The translations under genes and the position numbers were made by a program. A DNA stretch of 64,000 nt from an uncultured Pseudomonadota bacterium. GTDB taxonomy: Bacteria; Myxococcota_A; Polyangia; Fen-1088. Shown piece after piece: positions 38,212 through 46,594 of the stretch. The notes under the pieces were generated by a model. It saw only the letters and a list, made by a program, of their open reading frames with translations. It was not told the DNA's origin and searched no databases. Position 1 is the first letter of the stretch; every line of letters starts with the position of its first letter. Where the stretch lies: the NCBI GenBank assembly GCA_963819375.1, contig CAWFVU010000010.1:69652-133651 (forward strand). The letters are read 5' to 3'.

Positions 38212-39167
38212 GCGACGTCGGCGCGGATGCGCGCCTCGATGGCGTCGGGGCCGATGCGGACGATGGCGCCGACGGGGAGGCTGACGTGCGCCATGGCCAG
38301 CGCCACGCCGCGACCATCGGGAAGGCGCGCAGCGCTGGTGACCTTGCCGGCCTTCGGTTTGAGGTCACTGGTGAGCGGGTCGCCGGGACGCGGATCGGCG
38401 GCGCCGACGACGTCGAGGCCGCAGAGGCGCCAGTTGATGTGGCCGCGATCGCGCACGCGGACGATTGGCTCCTGGCCGAGGTAGCACCCCTTCGTGTAGT
38501 CGATGGCCCCGGCGAGGCCGACCTCCATCGGGAAGTAGTCCGCGGTGATCTCGGCGCCGAAGCGCGGTTCGAGCGCGTCGATGCGGGCCGCCTCGGCGAC
38601 GGCGGCGTCGAGCTCCGGCACCATGGTCGCCAGCTTCTCGTGGAGCGACGCGACGTCGGCCGGCGCGCCGCCGATCCAGAATCCGTCGGTGCCGAGCTCG
38701 CGCACGCGCGCGATCCAGAAGGCGCCGATCTCGGCGTGCGCCAGCGGCGGCGCCGTGGCGAGCGCTCCCACGTCGACCCCGGCGGCCGCCAGATGCGTCG
38801 GCGCTGCCGGGCCGAGCAGGGGGAAGAGGGAAAACTCCGGCACGGGCGCGGCGGCGAAATCGTCCATGATGGCGTAGCGCCCGAGCGCCGTGGCGAGCGG
38901 CGCCGCCTGGCCGGCGTCGACGATGATCCGGACATCGTTCGGGCGGACGAAGATCCGCAGGTCGCTGACCACCTGCCCCTTGGGGGTCAAGAGCGCCGCG
39001 CGGCAGCCGCGCCCCGGCTCCGTCCCGGCGACGTTCCCGGTGACGAGGCCGTGCAGGAAGCGGATCCGATCGACGCCGGTCGCGACCACCAGCTCGCGCG
39101 GGGGCGCCGTGGCCGGTCCAAGGACCGCCTCTCGCGCCAGCAGTCCGACGTCGGTGGTGATCGGCAT
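38208..39167 (-). CDS. ygfZ: YgfZ/GcvT-family folate-binding protein
   Basis: KGCYLGQE signature and GcvT-like N-terminal region. ATG at 39167 within the longer ORF 38208..39542. Confidence 0.8.
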   Translation of the reverse strand: MPITTDVGLLAREAVLGPATAPPRELVVATGVDRIRFLHGLVTGNVAGTEPGRGCRAALLTPKGQVVSDLRIFVRPNDVRIIVDAGQAAPLATALGRYAIMDDFAAAPVPEFSLFPLLGPAAPTHLAAAGVDVGALATAPPLAHAEIGAFWIARVRELGTDGFWIGGAPADVASLHEKLATMVPELDAAVAEAARIDALEPRFGAEITADYFPMEVGLAGAIDYTKGCYLGQEPIVRVRDRGHINWRLCGLDVVGAADPRPGDPLTSDLKPKAGKVTSAARLPDGRGVALAMAHVSLPVGAIVRIGPDAIEARIRADVA

Positions 39168-39742
39168 CAGGCCTTCTTCATAGCGCGCCGTTCGCGCAGC
39201 CGCACGGCCCGGCGGCGTTGCGCGTCGGCGAAGCGGCGGCGCTCGACGGCCGTTTCGGGGCGCAGCTCGGGTACGGGGCGCGGACGCCCGTTCTCGTCGA
39301 CCGCCACGAAGGTCAGGTAGGCGCGCGTCGTCTGGCGCCGGGTGAAGGTCGTCTGGTTCTCGCACATGACCCGCACGCCGACCTCCATCGAGGTGCGCGC
39401 GGCGAAGTTGACCTGCGCCTGCAGCACCACCACCTCCCCCAGTTGCACGGGGTCCAGAAAATGCAGCCGGTCCATCGAGGCGGTCACCACTGGGCCGCTG
39501 GAGTGCCGGGCCGCCGCGATGCCGGCGGCGATGTCGATCCACTGCATCAGGATGCCGCCGAAGATCGTGCCGTGAACATTGGTCAGCCCCGGTAAAACGA
39601 GCTGCGCCGTCTCGACGCGCGAGGCGCGTGGTGTGCGGCGGCCAAGCGCCGGCAGGGCCAAGGGCAGGGGCGCGGGCAAGGGATGCTTTGGGCGGAGGGG
39701 ACGCGAACGGAGCGCGGGCGGCATGGCCAAAGCCGCTATCAC
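39167..39742 (-). CDS. acyl-CoA thioesterase (hotdog fold, YciA/BFIT-like)
   Basis: [24 protein letters not shown]...[15 protein letters not shown]...AYLTFVAVD. The long Pro/Leu-rich N-terminal extension makes the start uncertain. Confidence 0.75.
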   Translation of the reverse strand: MIAALAMPPALRSRPLRPKHPLPAPLPLALPALGRRTPRASRVETAQLVLPGLTNVHGTIFGGILMQWIDIAAGIAAARHSSGPVVTASMDRLHFLDPVQLGEVVVLQAQVNFAARTSMEVGVRVMCENQTTFTRRQTTRAYLTFVAVDENGRPRPVPELRPETAVERRRFADAQRRRAVRLRERRAMKKA

Positions 39743-40043
39743 CGCCCGTGCTCTAGGTCAATTGAACCCGGGACCCTGGAGGGTCCCGGACAGGCCAGGA
39801 CCCCCGCGAAGGACTGCGCCGGGCGAAGCTCGGTTACGTCCCGTGCATCACCACCCGCTGGCGCTCCTGTATAGTGGGGGCCATGATTGTTCGGTCGCTT
39901 CTCGTCGGGCCTGCGCTGCTCGTTGCGCTTGCCCTCTCGCCGGCCTCCGCCCAGAAGTCCACGCTCGTGGCCGCCGCCAACGCCGGCGCAGGACTTTCAC
40001 GGCCGAAGGAGGCGGCTCGCGCGCCGATCTCGGGAAGATTGGG

Positions 40044-41466
40044 ATGTCGGCAGTGGTGACGGGGCGGGCATTCGGTCTGGCGCTGCTCGGCTGCCTGTTG
40101 TCGGCAGCGCTTCCCTCCCCAGCGGCTGCCAAGAAGTACACGCTGAACGAGCTGCTGGAACAGGCGCGTACCCAGAATCCGGGACTGCGCGCGGGCGGCG
40201 CCGCGACGCGCGCCATGCAGGCGCAGGTGGTGGAGGCCAAGCGCAACTGGTACCCGCAGGGGGATCTGACCTCGTTCCTGGCGCCAGTGCCACGCGTCGA
40301 ATGCGAAGGCCCGGGCCTGACGATGTCCCCCGACCAAACAACCCGCGAACAGAACTGCGTCACCACCAACGCCAGCCCGTCGCACGGGGCATTGCAGTAC
40401 CTGACCAACTTCGCCGGAGCCTATACGCGAACGGATGTGAAGCTGGTCCAGCCGATCTGGGACTTCGGGAAGATCTCGGCCGGCGTGAGCGCAGCCGAGG
40501 CCGGCGTGACGGTCACGACCGGCCGCGAGGCGGGCGCACGCGCCGACGTGGAGCTCAACGTGCGCAAGGCCTACTGGGGGCTCAAGCTGGCGCGCGAGCT
40601 GCGATCGATGCTGGAGGAGGGCGAGGGATACCTCGACAGCGCGCAGAAGAAGATCGAGAAGCAGCTGGCCGACGGCAGCGGCAATGCGACGGTGACCGAT
40701 CGCTTGCGCCTGCGTACGGTGCGGACCGAGATCGAGGTGCGGTTGCTCGAGGCCAAGCGGCTGGAAGGGGTCGCGCGCGAGCGGGCTGCGGGCGCTGCTG
40801 AACCTCGACTCGGGGGAAGACCTGGACGTGGACGACGAGGACTTCGAACCCCTCGAGGTCCCGGACCACCCGCTCGCCTACTACGAGGAGCAGGCACGGC
40901 TGTCGCGGCCCGAGGTGCGGACCCTCGAGTACGCGGTCCAGGCCAAGCGCGCGCTGGCCAAACTCGAGCACCGCAAGCTCTATCCAGATCTGGTGCTGAT
41001 CGGGCAGATCTCCTTCGCTTACGCGCCCACCATCGATTCGCCACAGAACGCCTTCGCCAGCAATCCCTTCAACGGGTTCGGCGGTGGGGTCGCCGCGGCG
41101 TTGCGCCTGCCGCTCGACTTCGGGCCCAAGCTGGCGCGCGGCGACCGCACGCACGCCGAAGCGGACGAGATCGAGGCCCGCCATCAGGAGGCGCTCGGCG
41201 GCGTCGGCTTCGAGGTCAGCAAGGCCTTTCTCGAGCTGTCGGAGGCGCAGACGCGGCTCCTCGAGGTGCGCAAGGGCGAGAAGGCAGGCAAGGCATGGGT
41301 GGCGGCGGTGACGCAGAACTTCGCGCTCGGGCTGGCCGACTCGCGCGACTTTTCGGACGCGCTCCTGCAGTCATTCAAGATGCGGACCTTCGCGCTTCAG
41401 GCGGTGTATGACCTCAACACCTCGACGGCCACGCTGTCACGGGCGACGGGGATCGCCGTCCCGTGA
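40044..41466 (+). pseudogene. TolC-family outer membrane efflux protein with an apparent 1-nt frame disruption near 40782
   Basis: Signal peptide MSAVVTGRAFGLALLGCLLSAALPSPAAA. TolC-like helices up to ...RLLEAKRLEGVARE in frame 1. Homology resumes one frame over as (G)LRALLNLDSGEDLDVDDEDFEPLEV...RTFALQAVYDLNTSTATLSRATGIAVP. Removing c at 40782 restores one ORF. Confidence 0.75.
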
Positions 41467-41587
41467 AGCCTGCAGCTTTGCGATAGCTCATCGGGATGCT
41501 GGCGCGCGCGACGGGCGTCGCCGACTTTCGCAGTCTCTGATCGCCCGTCAGTCTTGACCCCGAGGTCAGGAGTCTTAATTTTCCTGT

Positions 41588-41768
41588 TGTGATGACGAGA
41601 TGAATCTGAGCGGTGCGGCCCGTCTTTCTCGCTGCGGGGTTTGGGGTCCGGTGATGGGAACAGCGGGAAATTCCGACCCGATCAAAAGGTGCTCGGAACA
41701 ACAGGACGAAGTCGAAACTGCCAGTCGCGTCACACGCACGGGGGGCCGAGAGCCCCCCGTTTCTATTT
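41588..41768 (+). ncRNA. candidate small RNA (promoter-like hexamers to intrinsic terminator)
   Basis: TTGACC (41554-41559), 16 nt, TAATTT (41576-41581) upstream. Long-range pairing cctgttgt (41583-41590) with acaacagg (about 41697-41704). Strong terminator at 41738-41768. No convincing ORF. Confidence 0.25.
41738..41768 (+). terminator. intrinsic terminator
   Basis: acggggggc-cgaga-gccccccgt followed by ttctattt. Confidence 0.6.
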
Positions 41769-41900
41769 AATCGGCCGTCACTATCTAGTCGGTCCTGTGG
41801 GGCGCTGGCCCCTCTGCAGCCCGGCTCACAAAGCCCCCTCCGCTCGCTTGCCGCGACAGTCCGAGCCAGAGCATGGACGCTCACTGTCGCAGGTCCCCCA

Positions 41901-42081
41901 ACGCAGCGAGCGCAGCGTGGCTTCGCCACGCGAAGCGAGCCGGGGGCGCGGGGGGCCAAAGGGCGCGAAGCGCCCGACGCCCCCGATAAGACGCAGCGAG
42001 CGCAGCGTGGCTTCGCCACGCGAAGCGAGCCGGGGGCGCGGGGGGCCAAAGGGCGCGAAGCGCCCGACGCCCCCCGATAAG
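41901..42081. repeat. perfect tandem duplication of a 90-bp GC-rich structured element
   Basis: Copy 1 at 41901-41990 and copy 2 at 41991-42081 are identical except for one extra C in the final C-run. Each unit contains hairpins gcgtggc-ttc-gccacgc and gggcgc-gaa-gcgccc nested in cgggggcg...cgcccccg. Confidence 0.9.
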
Positions 42082-42133
42082 ATTGACGGATGAGGTTCAG
42101 TTGCTAAGGTTTCGGCCAACAAAGGAGCCGAAC

Positions 42134-42721
42134 ATGAGGAGCAGCTGGAAGATTGGGATGTTGGCAGTGGTGACCGGAGCAGGCGTGGCGGCTTACTTCA
42201 CGCCGCCGAAGACGGTCGAGGCAGCGGCGTTCACGCTGACGAGCGCGGCGTTCAAGAACAACGCGGCGATTCCGGAGAAGTATTCGTTCAACGCGATGGG
42301 GTGTACGGGCGAGAACATCTCGCCGCCGCTCGAGTGGAAGAACCCGCCGGCGGGGACCAAGAGCTTCGCGCTGATGGCGCACGATCCGGACGCGCCGACC
42401 GGCTCGGGCTGGTGGCACTGGGTCGTCTACAATATTCCGGCCGACGCGACGTCGCTGCCCGAGGGCGCGGGCGGCGCTGGCAGCACGACGCTCCCCAAGG
42501 GCGCCGTGCAGGGGAACACCGACTTCGGCAAGCCCGGCTGGGGCGGTCCCTGCCCACCGCCCGGCAGCGGCAAGCACCACTACAACTTCACGCTGTTCGC
42601 GCTGAAGGTCGAGAAGATCGAGGTGCCGCCGGGCGCCTCGCCGGCGATGATCGGCTTCAACGCCGGCGCCAACGCGATCGCCAAGGCCAAGCTGACCGGC
42701 CTGTTCTCGCGCGCGAAGTAG
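42134..42721 (+). CDS. YbhB/YbcL-family (PEBP / Raf kinase inhibitor-like) periplasmic protein
   Basis: RBS aaaggag. Signal peptide. Motifs HDPDAPTGSGWWHW and GPCPPPGSGKHHY. Confidence 0.85.
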   Translation: MRSSWKIGMLAVVTGAGVAAYFTPPKTVEAAAFTLTSAAFKNNAAIPEKYSFNAMGCTGENISPPLEWKNPPAGTKSFALMAHDPDAPTGSGWWHWVVYNIPADATSLPEGAGGAGSTTLPKGAVQGNTDFGKPGWGGPCPPPGSGKHHYNFTLFALKVEKIEVPPGASPAMIGFNAGANAIAKAKLTGLFSRAK

Positions 42722-42731
42722 CGCTGGCCGA

Positions 42732-43186
42732 TTACGGCGGCGTGGTCGAGAAGTGACCGGCCCCGTCGCCGTAGAAGGTCGTCGGCGTGGCCGCGCTGTT
42801 GATGTAGACCTGCAAGTCGAGGTTTCCGTCGGTGTTGACGTCGGCCAACGTGACGCTGGTGACGCCGTCGGTTCCGGCCACCTCCGCGGGCTCGTGAAGT
42901 GACCTTTCCCGTCGCCCAGCGCCACGATGACGCGGGTGTAAGAGATCGTGGATGAGAGGTTGGTGTTCGTCTCGATGACGACGCCATCGAGGTTTTGGTC
43001 GTTGTTCAGATCGCCCACGGCCACGGCCTGCGCCGATCCATGCGCGCCAACAACGACTCCCGTGCTGGTGATGTCCGTGTTCAACCCGGCGATCGGCCTG
43101 CTTGTAGTGCCGTCACAGTAACCACCCAGTCCGCTGAGAACGACGACGTCTATCCCCGTGGCCGGACACGCGTCCGGGAAGCTCAA
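42732..43186 (-). pseudogene. FG-GAP/VCBS-repeat fragment with a frame disruption near 42887
   Basis: TTG start overlapping the upstream stop, no signal peptide. VAVGDLNNDQNLDGVVIE...IVALGDGKGHFTSP, then the repeat continues in another frame (AEVAGTDGVTSVTLADVNTDGNLDLQVYINSAATPTTFYGDGAGHFSTTPP, stop at 42732). Confidence 0.45.
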
Positions 43187-44787
43187 TGATGCGACGATAT
43201 GGTCGGCGCGAAGCTCTTCACGAACGCCGCGTACTCGTCCTTGAGCTTGGGGTAGCTGGCGACGGTCGCGTTCAGCACGATGAAGGTGACGACGCCGTCG
43301 CGTTGGAGGGTGGTCACCTCGCCCAGATGGTTGACCCCCTGGACGCGCTCGCGGAACTGCTCGCGCGTGCTGCCGGGGATGAGCGGCGGAAGCGACTTGA
43401 GCTTGGCGGTCGGGAAGATGTTGCGCGCCCCTTTGTGGGCCAGCGCGCCGGCGGCGCCGTTACCGGCGGGGCGCTGGACCAGCACGACGGCGGCGGCGCG
43501 CTCGGCCTCGCCGTCGTCGCGAAGGACGCGGCCGGTCGCGAAGTCAATCAGCAGGCCGGTCTCGGGCGACGACGACATGTTGTCGACCCGCCAGCTCAGT
43601 GGCCAGCTGAGGGTGAGGTCGTAGGCGTCGCTGGCGAGTGAGGCGCGCTCCTCCGTCGCCGAAAACCGCGGTCGAGAAGCGTCGTCGCCCGCCACCGGTG
43701 CGGGAACGAGCGCGACCGGCTTTCCGGCACGCGCCGCCTCGGCGAGACGCGCGGCGAGCGCGTCGTAGGGATAGGCCTCCCGGTAGCGCCGCAGCTCGGC
43801 GAGCCCGTCGGCCTGCTTCCCCTGGGCCAGCAGGCCCCGCCCGAGGAGGTAATGGACCCGCGGCGGGACGTCGGGGATCGCCTTCGCCGCCTCGGTCAGC
43901 GTGACCGCCTTTTCGGCGTCGCCGGCGAGGAGGTAAACGGCCGCGCGCGCCAGGATCGCGTCGGCGCGCAGCGGCGTCTTTCGCAGCACACCGTCGAGCA
44001 CGGCGGCGGCCTCCTCGGAAGCGGCCGGCCAGTCGAGCGCCGCCGCCAGCGCCAGCGCCCGTCCGGTGAGCACGCGGCGCTCCTCGGCGAAGGCCGGATC
44101 GGCGCCCAGCGACCAGGCCTCGTCGACGAGATCGTGCACCTTCTCGTCGACGACGCCGGCCCCCTTCTTGGCGACGAGGGGCGGCCGCTCGGAGATCGTG
44201 CGTTCGAGGTGGCCGAGGTCGCGCTCGAGCTCGCGGACGTGGCCGAGCGAGCTGTCCTTCTTCACGCGGATGCGATACGCGGCCACCTCGGGGCGCAGCG
44301 CCTTGCCGTCGAAGAAGATCGGATCGTTCGGGCGCGTGGCCGGCTTGTCCCCTTCGCCCGGCTCCACCGTCACCCAGCCGTCGTCGAGCGTTCCGGCGAT
44401 CATGGTCATCTTGCCGCAGGGGCCGGCGCCGCGCGTGCGGATGAGGAGGTCGCCCTTCTTCAGATCGCTGGGCGGGACCGCCTCGTAGAGGCCGCGCGGG
44501 TTCTTCGTTTCGGCCTCGACGAGGGCGGCCGAGCGCAGCGGGCTCGGATAGCGCCACCAGGCGGGCGGCGCGTGGGAGGGGTCCTCGTTGATGTCGGGGA
44601 CGATGCCGCCGTTCGCTTCGATCTCCGTCCAGGTCACCTCGGGCGAACGCTCCCAGCCGGCATTGCCGGCAGGCGTGGGGATCGGATCGTCTTCGACGCA
44701 GGCCGAGCTCTGCGGCGCCGCCCGGCCCGAACGCGCGGTGAGCGCGAGCGCGACCAGCACCACCACAGTCCCGAACGTCCTACGCAC
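43183..44787 (-). CDS. secreted protein with TPR-like central region (hypothetical)
   Basis: GTG at 44787 gives the signal peptide (M)[25 protein letters not shown]. Helical repeats (AILARAAVYLLAGDAEKAVTLTEAAK..., YLLGRGLLAQGKQADGLAELRRY). Only the downstream part of ORF 43183..45396 looks coding. Confidence 0.6.
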   Translation of the reverse strand: MRRTFGTVVVLVALALTARSGRAAPQSSACVEDDPIPTPAGNAGWERSPEVTWTEIEANGGIVPDINEDPSHAPPAWWRYPSPLRSAALVEAETKNPRGLYEAVPPSDLKKGDLLIRTRGAGPCGKMTMIAGTLDDGWVTVEPGEGDKPATRPNDPIFFDGKALRPEVAAYRIRVKKDSSLGHVRELERDLGHLERTISERPPLVAKKGAGVVDEKVHDLVDEAWSLGADPAFAEERRVLTGRALALAAALDWPAASEEAAAVLDGVLRKTPLRADAILARAAVYLLAGDAEKAVTLTEAAKAIPDVPPRVHYLLGRGLLAQGKQADGLAELRRYREAYPYDALAARLAEAARAGKPVALVPAPVAGDDASRPRFSATEERASLASDAYDLTLSWPLSWRVDNMSSSPETGLLIDFATGRVLRDDGEAERAAAVVLVQRPAGNGAAGALAHKGARNIFPTAKLKSLPPLIPGSTREQFRERVQGVNHLGEVTTLQRDGVVTFIVLNATVASYPKLKDEYAAFVKSFAPTISSHH

Positions 44788-44801
44788 GTCAGACGCCCAA
44801 G

Positions 44802-45533
44802 TCAGACACCGATAAAGAGACGATGCCCGAAGTTCGGCTCCAGGTCGGACCCGAAGATCTTCTCCGCCGAGGTCTTTACGTCGTACTCGACGCGGCGGAA
44901 CTCGAACAGGCGCCGGTCGGTGTCGTAGAGGACGTAGCTGGCGCGCGGGTCGTAGTCGCGCGGCTGGCCGACCGACCCGACGCTGACGATGTACTTCCAG
45001 CCGGGGCGCAGCTCGAACTTGTCGGCCACCACCTCGTGGACGCCGTCGGGCGACAGCGCGAACGACTTGCAGAGGTGCGAGTGGCCGATCAGCGTGAGCG
45101 GCGAGAGATCCTCCCAGATCTCCAGACACTGCGCCGCCTGATCGCGCGCGAAGATGTAGTCGAACTCCTCGATGTTGAGCGGCGAGCCGTGGCAGTAGTG
45201 GACGTCCCCCTTGCGGACCTCGTAGGGGAGGTTCTTCAGCCACTGCATGTTCTCGGGCGTCAAGAGCCGCGCGTGCATGTCCAGCGCGTGGCGGGCCGCA
45301 TGATAGTAGTACGAGTAGTCCATTCGCCCGGCGACGGCGGCGTCGTGGTTGCCGAGGATGGTGTGCGCGGTGCGCGCGCGGATGAGCGCGCAGCACTCGT
45401 TGGGGCTGGCGCCGTAGCCGACCGTGTCCCCCAAGCAGACCCGCTCGTCGACCGCCTCGTCATCGAGCGCTCGGAGGACGACCTCGAGTGCTTCGATGTT
45501 GGCGTGTGTATCCGAGAAGATCCCGATCCGCAT
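44802..45533 (-). CDS. metallophosphoesterase-family protein (YfcE-like)
   Basis: MRIGIFSDTHAN, LGDTVGYG, GNHD, GHSH motifs. Confidence 0.85.
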   Translation of the reverse strand: MRIGIFSDTHANIEALEVVLRALDDEAVDERVCLGDTVGYGASPNECCALIRARTAHTILGNHDAAVAGRMDYSYYYHAARHALDMHARLLTPENMQWLKNLPYEVRKGDVHYCHGSPLNIEEFDYIFARDQAAQCLEIWEDLSPLTLIGHSHLCKSFALSPDGVHEVVADKFELRPGWKYIVSVGSVGQPRDYDPRASYVLYDTDRRLFEFRRVEYDVKTSAEKIFGSDLEPNFGHRLFIGV

Positions 45534-45571
45534 CCGGAGAACCGAACGCTTACCTTAACACCTCTGCCCCG

Positions 45572-46594
45572 CTACTGCAGCTCAGCGGCAGCGCGGGGCT
45601 GGATCTGGATGACCACCCCGCCCAGCGTCGACGACAGCTCGACGAGGGCGGTGCGGGTGTGGGGCAGGGGGCGGCGGCCGAGGTACTCGGCGCGCAGCCA
45701 CTCGCCGTCGCGGCGGGAACCATGAAGTGGGACGGCGCTCGCCAGCGCCGTGGCCGAGCGGGCCCGCAGCTCGAAGGGGGCCAGCTCGCCCGTCGGCTGG
45801 AACCGCACGTCGCCCGCGTAGCTGCGCAGATCGTAGTGCGCCGCCGGGCGGATCACGCCGATGAGGACGATCTGCCCGGTGGTCGTCACCAGGCGCACGA
45901 AGTCGTCGCGGATGTCCTCGGCGTGGATGCTCCCGTCGACGAGGCGCGCGTCGACGCGCCCGCCGCCGAGATCCTTGAGGTCCATGTCCCCCTCGACGCC
46001 GTCGAGATCGACGTCCCCCTCCACCGCCGCCACCTTCTGGCCGCCGCGCAGCTGATGGGTGATCACGCCGCCGCGCACGTCGGAGACGCCGATGCGCCCG
46101 CCGGTCGTCTCGAGCTTGGCGCCGGCGCGCAGCCCCGAGGCCGAGACGTCGCCGCCGAAGGTCTTGGCCTCGATCGCCACGTCCGGCGGCACCTCCAGCC
46201 ACAGGTCGATGCCGCTGCCGGCGAGCGGCAGCGAACGCTCGCGCCCCCCCAGCTCGACGCGCGTGTCGATCTGGATCTCGCCGCTCTCGAACGCCGTGTA
46301 GTGGACGCGGAGCCGCCCGAGCGTCTCGGCGCTGGCGGCGCGCTTCTCGGCGACGACGTGGATCTCCCCCGGCCGCGCCGTGCCCCGGATACCGACCCGC
46401 CCGAGCAGGTTATCGATCCGCACCAGCTCGGCGCCGCGGGCCGGGACCACGATCTCGCGCCGATCGACGAACGGCGCCTCCGGAGTCGGGCCCCCGGCCG
46501 GGAACACGCTGGGGAATCCGTTCGGGTGTTGGGCCAGCGCCGTCCCGGCCGTCGCCAGCACCAACCCGAGGACGGTTCCCGCCGCCCCTTTCAT
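45572..46594 (-). CDS. DUF4097-like beta-strand-repeat protein (putative adhesin), secreted
   Basis: ATG at 46594 overlaps the anti-sigma stop (ATGA). Signal peptide. Repeated G.I.V.DV.G.V-type strands (GGDVSASGLRAGAKLETTGGRIGVSDVRGGV...). Confidence 0.7.
   Translation of the reverse strand: MKGAAGTVLGLVLATAGTALAQHPNGFPSVFPAGGPTPEAPFVDRREIVVPARGAELVRIDNLLGRVGIRGTARPGEIHVVAEKRAASAETLGRLRVHYTAFESGEIQIDTRVELGGRERSLPLAGSGIDLWLEVPPDVAIEAKTFGGDVSASGLRAGAKLETTGGRIGVSDVRGGVITHQLRGGQKVAAVEGDVDLDGVEGDMDLKDLGGGRVDARLVDGSIHAEDIRDDFVRLVTTTGQIVLIGVIRPAAHYDLRSYAGDVRFQPTGELAPFELRARSATALASAVPLHGSRRDGEWLRAEYLGRRPLPHTRTALVELSSTLGGVVIQIQPRAAAELQ

Noticed and set aside
40845-40865. tRNA-like T-loop words (ttcgaaccc at about 40852, ggttcgagt at about 59250).
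   Set aside because: They lie inside well-supported coding sequence, and no acceptor or anticodon stems could be built around them. I found no tRNA or rRNA genes.
41414-42093. ORFs 41414..42049 (-) and 41641..42093 (+), which encode repeated peptide segments.
   Set aside because: The repetition is simply the translation of the 90-bp tandem DNA repeat. The region has hairpin-rich, non-coding character and no start or RBS context.
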